64,000 bases of DNA from Ruditapes philippinarum. Taxonomy: Eukaryota. Below the pieces are notes generated by a model that did no database searches, had not been told where the DNA came from, and saw nothing but the letters and a program-made list of their open reading frames with translations. The position numbers and the translations under genes are program-made. The DNA is taken from NCBI RefSeq assembly GCF_026571515.1, contig NW_026866095.1, forward strand, positions 1-64,000, read 5' to 3'. Shown piece after piece: positions 45,981 through 58,843 of this stretch (position 1 is the first letter of the stretch; every line of letters starts with the position of its first letter).

Positions 45981-46005
45981 CTTTGGAGTGAAAAAACATC
46001 ATACT

Positions 46006-49000
46006 ATGACAAAATTAAATTTAGTGATAATATTTGCAATTTTCACTCTTGTTAATTTACAGGACGTTTTCTCTGCAGGTAATGTTTGTTTTCGACATTT
46101 TTTTCTCTCTAATTTTGATTTTAAAAAGTGTTCTTCCTCACAATTTTAATGCGATACTGTTGGATTCAAATATTGAAGAATATTAATTAGCTTTTTTAAA
46201 GAAGGGTTTATCAAAATACTTCAGATCTCTGGTTAATATAAGTAGAGATTTAAAATAAGAACAAATTGGTGTATGACTTTTATCTTATTTGTAAAACTAG
46301 GTCTCAAATACATACATGTAAATAATATTTAGTTTAAATTGTTGCTAGGATTCAGTCACGTGTCAATCAAGTCGTTAATTGGTGATTTTAATTGTATAAA
46401 TTGATCGTGTTCATCCTACAGAATGTGACGTCACATCAGTAAACGTGACGACAGATAATGCCTGTACTGACGTTGATTATGACGCCATCGTGATGCCGAA
46501 CATAACAGTAGAAGGAACCACCATAACATATCCCTGCAAAAGCTTGTTGATACATACAACAACTCATACTGAATATTGTCCTGTACAACTTTGTCAAGCA
46601 AGTGGTATATGGAGAGAAGCAACATTGTCATGTGGGGGTAAGTCATTTCTAATCATTTTCTTCCCTTTTTCCTGCCAAATTTTAGATGTCTAATGTGCAG
46701 CTTTACGTTTATAATTGGTTCAACTTTATCTCTTTACAAACAACTGCATTTTAATTAGATTCTTCTAATGAACTTATAAATATTGTGAAAACACCTTATT
46801 TACTTTTGGTAGTTTTAAATAAGTCCAACTAGAATATTTATCTCGTACGACACCCTGATCTTGTCTCTGAGACAGTATAAAACAGTAAATTCATGAAAAG
46901 TAGACTGTGGTTTATTGTAGGTAACGATCATTCTTACAAATATTGTAACTTGTATAGGAACGTGTTTATGAATCTTTCGAATTTACATAATTTTGCACAT
47001 ATTCTTACGACTTGGTCCACGACCATTTTGCTTTACAGTTTCTGAATGCATCAAAGATTCATCAGAGGATTATATAGGAAAAAGAATATGCACTTTTTCC
47101 GGCAAAATATGTCAACGATGGGATAACTCCTTGTTCCAAGAATATGATATGAATAAGGCGCATAATTACTGCCGAGATCCAAAGGGATCTAGGGGCACTC
47201 CTTGGTGCTACACAGAAAACAACAGCACAGAATGGGAATTTTGTGGCATACCGGATTGCACAGGTATCATTTAACACTTTTCTTACAATTTTTTTGTGTT
47301 GGCGATCATCAGATAGCCTGATTATAGTTATAACCATATTTTCCAAATCGTGTTCTTCCCTTCGTTTACAACAATTTACAATATTCATACTACCTTTCCG
47401 CATTTTAACTTACCAATTTGAAGCTTCTTGTCCAATTTCAAGCGATTTTTGTGATTTTTGTGGTCCATCTTTCAGGAATTCTGTAGTATAGCCGTTTAAT
47501 GCCACACGGGTAATATGGCAAATAAATGAGGAGTCACACTTCTTGTAATGGAATTATATATGATGTGAATAGATTTTGTGCACAAGAGCTACAATCACCA
47601 CTTTTCATTTGCTTCAATGACAAAATAAAATACAATAAGTTTGTCTTCTTTATAATTTGTTATATTCCATACTGAAAACTTACATTTGAGTTACATTATT
47701 TACATGAATTACCTAGAAATTGTTGTCATTTAAACAGAATCCATATAATATTTTTACTTAGAAACAATCTAACATGAATTGTAACCAATGTGTTAGAATA
47801 CTTTCTTTTAGCAGAATGTAAACGTTTAATATAAATCATTTTGTATGTTTAACCTACAGAAAAATCCCGCACATTTTCTTTTGCGACAAGTTCTTTCCAA
47901 TAACTACAAAGGTTTTAATGTGTTTAATAAGATCTGCAATAAAAATGATAATCAACTCTTTATACAAAGTTTACACAGTAAGAAGTATACTTATTTTCAG
48001 GACGGCCTTCTGATTTAACAATATCAAAGAAAAAATGTAGATCTATACAAAATTTAAAAAAAAAATGTACAAAAAAAGACGGAAATATACTCTTGAATTT
48101 AAAGGTTAGATATTTCATCATTCATCCAACTGACACTCAGTAATTATAGTAATTATAGATAAACTCGTAATGATTAAAAAATGATAATATCAGCATTCAC
48201 AACAGTTACAAAATTAAGTAGTCAATTTTCATCATGTATCTAACTGTAAACTTAGAAAATAAATGATACAGTTGTTTTTGAACGATTGTAAAGTCGAACA
48301 TTGTTTGATAGTAATGAGTAATTTGTTCCAAACGTCAATACTGAAATAAGAAAAAGAATCCTTGAGGTTTACTTTTCAGAACAAGATCCTTATGAACGAT
48401 TGAGCGTTAATTATGTAATTCATTGTATTTCCCTCATATACAACGGTGACAGATTGTTTAAAGATTTCCACACCATAATTACTGTGTGCTGTGTTAAAAA
48501 GATCTAATGTTGGTGAACGTATCGGTCTGTTAAGTATAATTTTGGCAGCTCTTTTTTGGATTGAATTTACTTTATTGATGTATGAGTTTGTGTCCTTTCC
48601 CCATACCGTACAACAATAATCAAGCACAGAAAGGATGTACGCATTGTAATATATCATTTTACTTCGTCAGTAAGGTAAAAGAAATCATATGTTTGAAGAG
48701 GGAAATTTTTGTATTTACTTGTTTTTTTTTTTGTTTTTTTTTTTTCAAACAGAGTCTATTTGATAATGCAAGTTTAATGTTTTATCTGCATAAATGCCCA
48801 ATAACTTTTGAACTGTAACATTTCCTAGAGTTGTTTAATTTATTTTCAGTAGGAGAGGATTACATTTCTTCCCCTTTTTGAAGAACCAATTGTCATGCAT
48901 TATGTTTTTATTGGGTGCAATGACATATTATTAAGGATACACCAATCATTTACATTGTATTCGATTCCCGCACGGCGCAGATCACTTTCGTTGTGATTGA

Positions 49001-52000
49001 TCATGAAATCGTTTCTACGGTCATTCGCACTGTACCTCTGCTCTGGCATGCACAGAAGTTTCAGTTCCTTGCGAAAGTGAAGGCAACTAGTACTGGTAAA
49101 CTGCTTGACAGCCTGTCCAGGAACGATGCGGTGGTTGAACTGTGCTCTGGTGAATTCAATGTGGCTTACTGTCGTGATCCGGAGTGAAAACTACCAACAC
49201 CACCACCATTTACATTGTATATAAGTTAAATCTTTTTTTGTAAATTATCTTGTATTTCTAGTAAACAGTCACCGGATTGGTTAAGTGTAAAGTTATCTGC
49301 ATACAAGTCTATATTAAGATCATTACGGAGTATAGATGTACCATTGATATAAATCAAAAATAGTAAGGGCCCAAGAATGGATCCTTGAGGAACTCCTGAT
49401 TCAACCACTAAAATGTCAGATTTTAAATTACCTACTTGATATGTCTGTTTTCAGTTTGATAAATAGGAGCGAAAAAAATGCTCTTTCAGAAAAATGATAT
49501 AATTTTAATTTGTGCATCAAAATTTCATGATCGACAAGATCAAACGCTTTTCTTGAATCAAGGAAAATAGCACCTATCATTTTACCATTATCAATATCTT
49601 TGATCCAGGCATCAATTTATGTAAGTAATGCTGTATTACAAGAGTGATTTTTTGCCAGACCCTGATTGTCTGTCATGTATAACTTTTGTATTTTGAAAAC
49701 AAAAATGCCCGAAGATGTGACGCTATAGTCGTTCAAATATTTTTGAGATGGTAGGTAGAATTGAAATTGGGCGATCATTTTCAGAAAAGATTAAACACAG
49801 GCAAGACACGAGCTTCCTTAAGTTTATCAGGAAAATACCCATATGAATGCTATTATTTATAATAGATGTTATGCACGGAATAATATTTTAGTTTCCCCAG
49901 AACTTTTTAAAATGCGGGTCCAATACCATAAAGGCATGTGTTAACTTTTGAAATACCATTTTTTTAAAAGGAATATCAAATACGCGAGAGCCTAGCAATG
50001 AATCCATTTTTTCTTTTAAAGTGAAAAAATTGTTTTCAGAAAAAGTAGTTTTGGTAATAACAGTTAAAATATTAATAAAATGTTTATTTAGTTCATTATA
50101 TAATTCATTTTCAATTATTCCATCATTATTTTTTCTATTATTATTCCTTTAGTATGATTGATGTTAGAAGCTTCTTTCAAGTTTTTTCCATGCATACTTT
50201 GTCTTTGAGTCCTTATTCTCTTCAATGGCATTATTACAGAATTTTTTCTTAGCCTTTCTAACCAACGCCTAAAATTCTGTACTGATCAAAGTCTCCTTTA
50301 TTATGACACTTACTGCGCAAATTTATCTGTAAACCAGTCGAGTTACATGTACGAACAATTTTAGACCAGTATTTTATAATTTAACTAAGATTCTGTGAAT
50401 TTGTCCGCTTGCAATATGTATAACGGTAAAGGAATGATTTTCGTGAATTTGATCATGTTCGCGCTGTTGACCTCAACTTATTGTCGACGTTTAATTGTTT
50501 TTACAGATAAAAACAACACAATATTGTTGCACTGACCCCCATGTCCGTTATTACGTGGTTTAATGGAATCGCACTAATATACAATACAATATACAATATG
50601 TATGTTTTTTTCTCCTTAACTGTTAAAGCATTTTAGATCAGAAGTAAACAAATTGCCGTTCTTACCGGCATAAATATGTTATTGCAATTAAGATCAAATA
50701 TTTCAAATGATGTCATAGAGTCTACTACAAATAGAAGTGAGCGCATCCAAGTTCCGTTAATTTCCCGTGAATTTGTAAATAGAATACTTAACTGTAATTA
50801 TCAACTACTCATTTAAATGACCATATTTATGCAAACTTCAAAATATTTTTTCAAATATTAAGGAATTTACTATATTCATCAGATTTACAATAAAATTTTA
50901 AAGACAAAAAATGTTGTTTTTTTATGTTAACCTTAAAGTGATAGATAGCAAGTTCATCTGAATTAGTACTTTGATCTTTCATTCTATATATACTCCTTTC
51001 ATCATTCAGACGACTTTTTTTATTCGGAATATGCGTTTTATAAACATTGTCTGGCCGCACATAAAGCTCTCCGGGGAGCTCTCCACTTAGTACAAACAAA
51101 TTAGACACAACTGGAAGCTTAAATTTATTGGTTAACAACATGCATCGGTTTTGCCTCGACGAATAAAGATGTGTAAATAAAAATGTTTATAACAATATTG
51201 GTTGCCGACGGCAACTAACATTATTTGAGGTTAGTGTTGCCACTTCTTTTACAAACTCAATACTGGTCACTAAAGAATAACATCATCACCTTTCTTTTGT
51301 CACAGAAACTGATTCTCCGCTTCTATTAAATTTACGGTTTTTATTAATATCTTAGTCAATTTTGATAATTTTGGACACTCAATAATCACTTTCTGACTCT
51401 TTGTCATTGTGATCGGAAAGGGAATCTAAAGGTGTTTTTTCTTCTTTCTAACTTTAAACACTTACTATAGTGTTTACAACATACATCTTGTAGGCGACAT
51501 CGCTTTCATCATCATATTCACAATTAACCCATTATCAACATTATGACTATAACCAGCGACTTTGTTGTCATCATCGTCTCCGTCGTGGTCAAAATCTATA
51601 TCTCACTCAGTTTAAAACAGTGTGATATGACTTTTATTTCACAGATATTTTAGAAAAGACAAAGATAATAAATAAAGGATTGATAATATATAACGTGCTC
51701 TTATTATTTAAGATACGCTACACTGTATCACTAAGCAAAAACTGGAAGAGTTTGAGAAAATATAAATACAGTATATTCTCGTTTCAAAGTGAAGATAAGA
51801 GTGGTAATAATTTATCCAGATGGTGATGACGATGATGATGATGATGGTGACTGATGATGATGGTGGTCCACTTTATTTGTTTATGTAATTGCTATTCTCA
51901 AATAAGAAAGAAATATATAAAACCTTTTTATTTTGTCAATCCATCTGTTTTTAAATTTCATGATTTGCTGACTTCTTCAAATAAAAATGATATTGTTAAA

Positions 52001-55000
52001 TTATGCAAATGTATATGAAAGAGGCATTTGTTATACCTGATGCGTTTTTATTGTTATACTTATTACCTTACTGTCTTTGTTATACATGTATGCATTATAT
52101 GTAAATATATGTTAAAGTGCATATGATTCAACTTTTGTAATATGTTCTAGATATGTGACATGTTTAACATTGGTGTTTATGTATAAAGTTGATATACTTA
52201 TGTGTAAGTCTAATAAAATGTATGTTCTGTTCTGTTCAATATGGAATTATAATCAGTAATGAAGCGAACTTAGTACATTGACTATAATTCAGGAAGGAAT
52301 AGTCGACAATGTGTTATCTACGGAAAGGACCGGAAGGTTGCGATTGTTAGCCGTTTTGAATTTCATTGTTTAAATGCTCATTACGTTCGACCATTTTAAA
52401 AAAGTGACTTGTTTTTACAAAACGTTATATCCATTCAGTTAAACTTTATGAACCAGATTTCATAGTAATTACAAAATATATAAATACAACAATAAATCTA
52501 AAAAATTGAAATGTAAGTGTTTCAAAGGTTTAAAAAATGTTTATTACAGATGTAACTGTTAACCAAGGCATTTGTCCAGACGGTGAGTATTCCCTTATAT
52601 GGTATTTATTGAAAACCTTAATAAAATCTTCATTTTAAGCAAAATTTTGATAACACGGAATTATCTCAATATACAGTCAAACTTTTATAAATGTTATTTT
52701 AGTAAATGATTTATTCAACGAGTTTAGTTATTCGAATACTTAATTAACAATAAACTTCAATGTTAATAAACACACGAAATATATATATATATATATATAT
52801 ATATCTAAAAGTGAACACGTTAAAACGTGCATTGTGTATTTATCGATATCCATTAGGTCCCAGGAACAATTATATACATGACCAACTGGTACATAACAAT
52901 AATATGTCCGAGGTTTTACGAAGTTATTAATGATACATATGATACACAAGAATATAAAACAATATTGTTTGACACTAAAATAGATTACTGTGGAGATCCA
53001 TCACCAGTTCTTACCACAGACAATGTGTGTAGCCAAACCAAGGTCGCCGGTGATTACCTTAGAAACATCGATTCTATCATAAAGTACGTCTGCAAGGTGC
53101 TGTTAAATGGCTTCTACTCATCGGGCAGTTATTGTCCGGTAAGGACTTGCCAAGAGAGCTTATTCTGGAATTCTGTGTCACTTTCCTGCGGAAGTACGTA
53201 TATACATGAACATGTAGTTTCTTTATTTTCTCAAGTTTAAAATAACCAAAACTTAAACACAGTGAAAGCAGATGTAAGAGGTTTTGCGTTACACTAACAA
53301 TGTAAAGGTCATATGATTACTTTCTAGCTTCATTGGTGGAGGAAGACCTCAGATGCCCCAACCCCCGTACATTATTACAGGCACGAACATGCACCTGAGT
53401 AGAACCACCAAAGATTCATAAGCTAGCATAAATTGCTTTTTTTACATGGAAGAATCTAAAGTCCCTGGCGGGATTTGAACCCACAACGTGAAGGGCCTTA
53501 ACCACTCGGCAACGGACGACCCATATATATTATTTTGCAAAAGGCAATGTAATATATTCGTCGTAATGAATATTTTTTAAGAAATTATTTTTATTCTAAA
53601 TCAAATCTAAAGTATTTCTTTTTAATGTTTTTCGTCAATAGTTAAATGTTGTTTATTTATTAAGTTATGTTATCGAACCAATTAAGGCCTCAAAACGTGT
53701 TTATATAACAGTATGTTATACTTCAAAATCGTGGCTGTAATATTGTTGTGTGAAATTACTTTATAAACTAGTGAATGAATGCTATGATGCGGGACACTCT
53801 ATGTATTAAACTGGTAAAAGGACATGCAGTGCCAGTGGACAAGCCTGTCTACCTTGGAACACCCTTTCTACACAAGCGCACAACTTCACCTCATCTGACT
53901 TCCCGGACACTGATAGTATGCTTTTGTATTCTATATGATGAATTGAAATAGTTTGGTTGTCTATCATCATGAAAACTTTATAGCTTTTTTTAAAAATTTA
54001 CTAGTCACAACATACTAATACATGTACACAGCTTGTTGATCATTTATTCGATTTAAAACATGAGTACTGAGTAGTCATCTTTCATGCAAAAATTCTTAAT
54101 CTAATCATAATTATAAGCAAAGAATAACTGCGTATATTTTACTGTTTGCCATTGTAAACATAATATATACATTTATATGTATTAAAATGCTGCGTTTGTA
54201 TTTTGAATATTTCAGTTCACGAGGCTGGCACATACTGTAGAGACCCGAATGGTACAGAAGGTCAGCCGTGGTGTTTTATAAACGAAACGACCATGGAGTA
54301 TTGTGAAATCCCGGAATGTTCAAGTAACGAATCTTTTTCAAACTATTTATAAAATATTTATGTATTTATATATCTTTTATATAAAACTACAGCAATCTAT
54401 GTATAACGTATGAAATAAATCACGAAGGCTTATCTGAGGTCTTCCTACTCAAAAAATGGGGCTCAACCCTAAACCCGCTTAATATCTTAATTAAATAGAC
54501 TGTCTATTTCTCAATCTCTACAAAACTATTTAACACGTGAGCAACAACTTTGAAATATATGTAATGATCTAATAGCGAATGTGCTGACCATGAACACACG
54601 GCAAGAATGCATGTGTGATGTTGACTAATTGATATTTTTCATGAATAAGCATGATCATTTTTAAAGTATGTGTATGATATCTATTGTGATTTGGATATAG
54701 TGGGCATCTGTATAAAACGGTCATTTTAATGAAGTCCCTTATCTGAACACTAGAAACAGGTTAGACTGTAATCATGATTTAATGAGTATAGATTTGTTAC
54801 TCAAATTATCAAATTTTCTTTTTCTTCTATAGCACTGCCACTAAATTTTGGAAAGTGCGAACCTCCAAGTAAGTATAAACGGACTTGATTCAAATTTTGA
54901 AAAGTCTCGTGTTGCATTAATCAGATATTGTTGATGTGTGCATGGGCTGGTAAAATTATCAACTCGACATTCAAAATTGAACGATAATAAATAGTGCCTT

Positions 55001-56186
55001 ATAATGAATTCTTCACAGTGATTTTAAAGGTCCTGTATGTTGTAATTAAGGTTGTATACCACACTTAAGTGAAATTAAACAGACATTTTATGCAGTAGCT
55101 CTAATCCCCTATATTTTCAAACTGGCACATTATGCCTTAGAAATAAATAAACTTCATTCTTTACCAAGGCCAAACAATAGTTTGATAATGTTTCAATAAT
55201 GACTTTTGGGCATGCTAGATGCTGACCAACTGACGAAAGTAGAGCTGAATGTAATTTTGTTTGTCATAAAAGTAGTAAACAGTAAATAAAGTAGTATTTT
55301 GACTTTCATTCAAAACACTAATTCTGTATAAATGTACTTATTGCCAATCGCAGCACAAGTAAAGATGGTTAAGGTAATTTGCCAGAGAGTAACTTTTAGG
55401 AAACTGTACATAACAGGACACCAGAAATAAAATGTTTTTGAGAAATAAAAATAGAAGCATTTCTGGGGCATAATGGGCCTTTAAGTAAACTGTAAATTGT
55501 GAACAAAGTGACACTCCGATGTATTGCGGTCTACAATGAAGATTATGGAAAATATTCTATTTCTTCTATTGAGACTGTAATTTAGATAAAAATGATTAAT
55601 CTATCTCATGAGGGGTTACGGACTTTACTTGTAGAAAAAACCTGCATACAGTAAACCTATTATTCTTAAAAAGTCACTTAAATTTGGGTTCATCTGCGAT
55701 TCTGTATCAAATGACTTGTTTGTATATGTGTAAAAATGTTTATAACATATCATTTTCAGAACAAGCAATGCTATAACACTCGGATATATAAAACTATTTA
55801 TTAGGAAAATAGCAATTCATTTGAATATCGTTGGGGCATCTAGCTCAAATATTGCATATCTTTATTGAATTTTCTCGTGTAATATCGCTGGTGTTACCAC
55901 TGTATTATAAACCATTACGTTATTTTACGTTCTAGAGATAAGAGGTGTGCGATACAAACTGCTGAATAAAAGTACAAGTGGCTTAGACTTCCTCGACTCG
56001 ATCCGGTCCATAAGAACGGCAACTTCATGCTGCCACCTGTGTGACCAGCGTCCATCATGTGTAATGGTGATCTATAGCAACTCAAGCGGCATCTGTAACT
56101 TGTACAAGGAAAATCGTACAGTTTTAGAGAACGTTGACTGTAGTACAGTTAAATGCTATCTGAAAGAACACTTGACATGGTTATAA
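46006..56186 (+). CDS. Secreted modular protein: signal peptide - sushi/CCP-like - kringle - linker - sushi/CCP-like - kringle - linker - PAN/apple (431 codons), with in-frame TAA at 53807-53809. Exons 46006-46078, 46422-46637, 47039-47263, 52550-52582, 52984-53193, 53772-53915, 54216-54323, 54833-54868, 55936-56186.
   Basis: Kringle motifs SGKICQRW..HNYCRDP..PWCYT..WEFCGIPDC and SGQACLPW..YCRDP..PWCF..EYCEIPEC; paired C..Y.C..YCPV..CQ...W...LSCG modules; PAN pattern CCHLC-x5-C...CNLY. All eight introns are phase 1 GT-AG. Confidence 0.85.
48350..50270 (-). mobile_element. Decayed L2/CR1-clade LINE reverse transcriptase
   Basis: SGVPQGSILGPLLFLIYIN, LYADN (YADD), LDYCCTVWG..IQKRAAKII and upstream KAFDLVDH-like sequence, with many stops and frameshifts. 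Confidence 0.9.
48961..49206 (+). mobile_element. SINE family S2, 5'-truncated, inserted in the LINE
   Basis: Exact 14-bp TSD catttacattgtat at 48947-48960 and 49207-49220; body matches 17113-17380. Confidence 0.9.
53280..53522 (-). mobile_element. SINE family S1
   Basis: ggtggaggaagacctcag...cacctgagtagaaccacc...gggatttgaacccac, matching 21411-21635. Further copies at about 39750-39890, 43367-43505 and 62622-62810. Confidence 0.8.
55122..55484. mobile_element. Family B TTAA-type element, reverse orientation
   Basis: ggcacattatgcct ... ggcataatgggcct|ttaa; internal sequence is the reverse complement of 11642-11949. Confidence 0.65.
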
Positions 56187-56932
56187 AATATCAACACATT
56201 TGAGCCGTTGGTGCTCCTTTTTTCCGTAATTCAAGTTATGTAATGCTTAGTTTAAACATACTTCCTTAAAAAATACATTGCATGAGTACAAGTAAGGACT
56301 GGGCAGAAAGCCACAAACTCTTATAATTGCAATCTCCTATATATCTACTAAATTATTACAAGTTCATCTAGATATTAAAATGTGTTATACTTGATTGTAA
56401 ACTCGTATCAATAACAATAATACTTATAAAATAAATATCGCTTGCTGTATAAAAAAAAACTTTTTAAATGTTGTTTTTCAATAGAAAAGGGAACCGTGCA
56501 TTTTTCTTTCATGACTAATGAATTCATATACTAGCGAAAATTGTATCAAAATAACGCTAGTTTTTATCTCTTAAAAATGCTTGAGTTTCAGTGATGTGTT
56601 TACATTTCTCTCACTTAGTCATCACTATTTTTGTAGCAGATGATAATCAGAAAAAATCAACCTCTTTTTGAAAAGTCACAGATAGATACAAAGCCACGGA
56701 ATCTCAGTTTGGCGTGTTTAAACAGCAATTTTGTTCATTATCTACATAATTATAAAATACAAAGAATTACATAGACAAAGAAATATAACCAATTTTCAAC
56801 ACCATCAAATTAATAATTTTTTTTTTCTGGGGACATGGAATTAGAAAATGACGCCTACACCCTAAGATTCTTTATGAAACAGATAAGATGTAATCCGTGG
56901 CCGTATAAGTAATAACGTTGACTTCAAGTAAT

Positions 56933-57073
56933 ATGATCCGCGTCACGACAAAACCAACATAATGGGTTTGCGAACAGCATGGATCCTGATCAGACTTGCG
57001 CGGATGCGCAGGCTTGTCTGGATCCATGCTGGTCGCAAACGCACTATGCTGGTTTTGTCGTGACGCGGCTCAT
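56933..57073. mobile_element. Palindromic MITE family A, internally deleted
   Basis: Arms are retained and the central spacer is absent, giving a near-complete 140-bp hairpin. Confidence 0.88.
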
Positions 57074-58843
57074 ATAATGATACGGTATATCTGGCTGGGG
57101 TTCACACTCTTGGCTGGATGGATACAGAGAGGAGAATTAGTGTACTTATCTACTAATTAGATTATATGTTATGTTGGAGGGACTTAAATCTTAAAAACTA
57201 AAACAACACAAATACACATGGTATTATAGATAATTTAAGAGTACTATATACATGTACATACATACTCAACAGCGATGATTATTGAATTATTCATACTCAT
57301 TTATTTTAGGAAGTTTGGTTTTAAGACACAGTGAGGTTATGATGACTCCATGTTTTTTATGCAAAAGGACCTAGCGGTGTGACTACCTGCATAATTAATT
57401 CAAACATGATTTCAAGGGCCCCTGAACGGAACATCAAGAAACGCTTAATGAAGAATCAGCTTTAAATATAATTAATTATCTGAAAGATAATTGTAATTCT
57501 AAAAATATATCTGCAGCAATGCCTGTCAGTAGATTATCCCACATGCCGTCAGTAATAACTCTAAACCTGCTAAATCTACGTATTTTATGTGTTTGTCCTA
57601 ATCTGAATTGGAAATAGTCCGTCAACTGGTAAAACTGCACGGATTTACAGGCTAGTCTGGCCCTATACTGGTGATAAAGGCTGATCACGATTTTTCATCA
57701 GACAGGTTAAGGGTTCAAAGTATCAAACAGAAAATTTGCGTAATTGAGAATTTATCGGTACAGCTAAAAGTAATGAGCGGATTTGAAGAACTTGTGAGGT
57801 TAAAATGTCTTTGTTTGATTTGTATGAACATTTAAAACGGATATATACTCTATAAACACATTATACCTCAGAAGTAAATAGATTCTTCCCTTCTTTAGAA
57901 AGGTCAATCATCAGTTTTACGACATTTTAGAAATTGTTTTAGAGTTTGTTAGATGTTTATCACCAGGAGAAAGTATAGCGCTGATTGTAGAATAACTTGT
58001 CATAAAAGTAGCAAGATGTAAAATAAGTAGTATAAAAATACTGATTAAACCGCTATTACCTGTACTTTACAAATGCAAAAAAGAAACGGAAGCAAAGATG
58101 TTTCGGGTAATTGGCCAATGAGTAACTATTTTTGAAATCATAACAGGACACCAAAAATACAAAGCTTTTGGGAAATAAAATCAAAACCATTTCTTGAGCA
58201 TTATGGGCCAATTAATAATAATATGGCAAGTATATATTTATGTGTTTTATCATGTACCTTGAAGATGTGTAACATGGATTATACACTTATTTATAAAAAT
58301 AATTTCTTCTGCAACTAACGTATTTGGACTTTACCTTATGACCAATTAACTGGGCCAAAAATTGTTCAAAGAAAAGTTGCCGGAATTGTCAAAAAATAAC
58401 ATTTGCAAAAAATGATAACATAATGAATTTTGAATGGTTATCTGGCCACCAAAGTGGAGGATTTGATAGCTCAGATATGTAAAAGTAGGCCTATTCTTTG
58501 CTTCACCATCACCATTCGCACAACGTCAAAATAAAAGCGACATATAAAACTATTTTTCAACACTTTGACTGATAAGTATCTGCCAAAGCAATTTTTTTTT
58601 TCCTCTTCAGACGCAAGTTGAAACACGCAAAGAAGCAAAAAGTAAAGAGAACAAACATCAAAGAGCAAAAAGCAATTACGCTTGGTCACGCTGGGAACCA
58701 GCCTAACATAGATTTCTCGATAAAATCCAAGTACTTCCGAATCTAATTAAAAATGGCTGCTTAACTTGGAAATCGAAATTTATTCGAAATATTTTTATAG
58801 GTTCTGTATTCTGTCCTCAATACTGACTTAATTTTCCTTTGAA

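Noticed and set aside
53807-53809. Selenocysteine or programmed readthrough
   Set aside because: The codon is TAA rather than TGA, it replaces a Tyr, and no SECIS was recognised.
57660-57705. Hammerhead ribozyme (minus-strand CTGATGA)
   Set aside because: No stem II followed by GAAA and no closing stems were found; the other CTGATGA hits I checked also failed.
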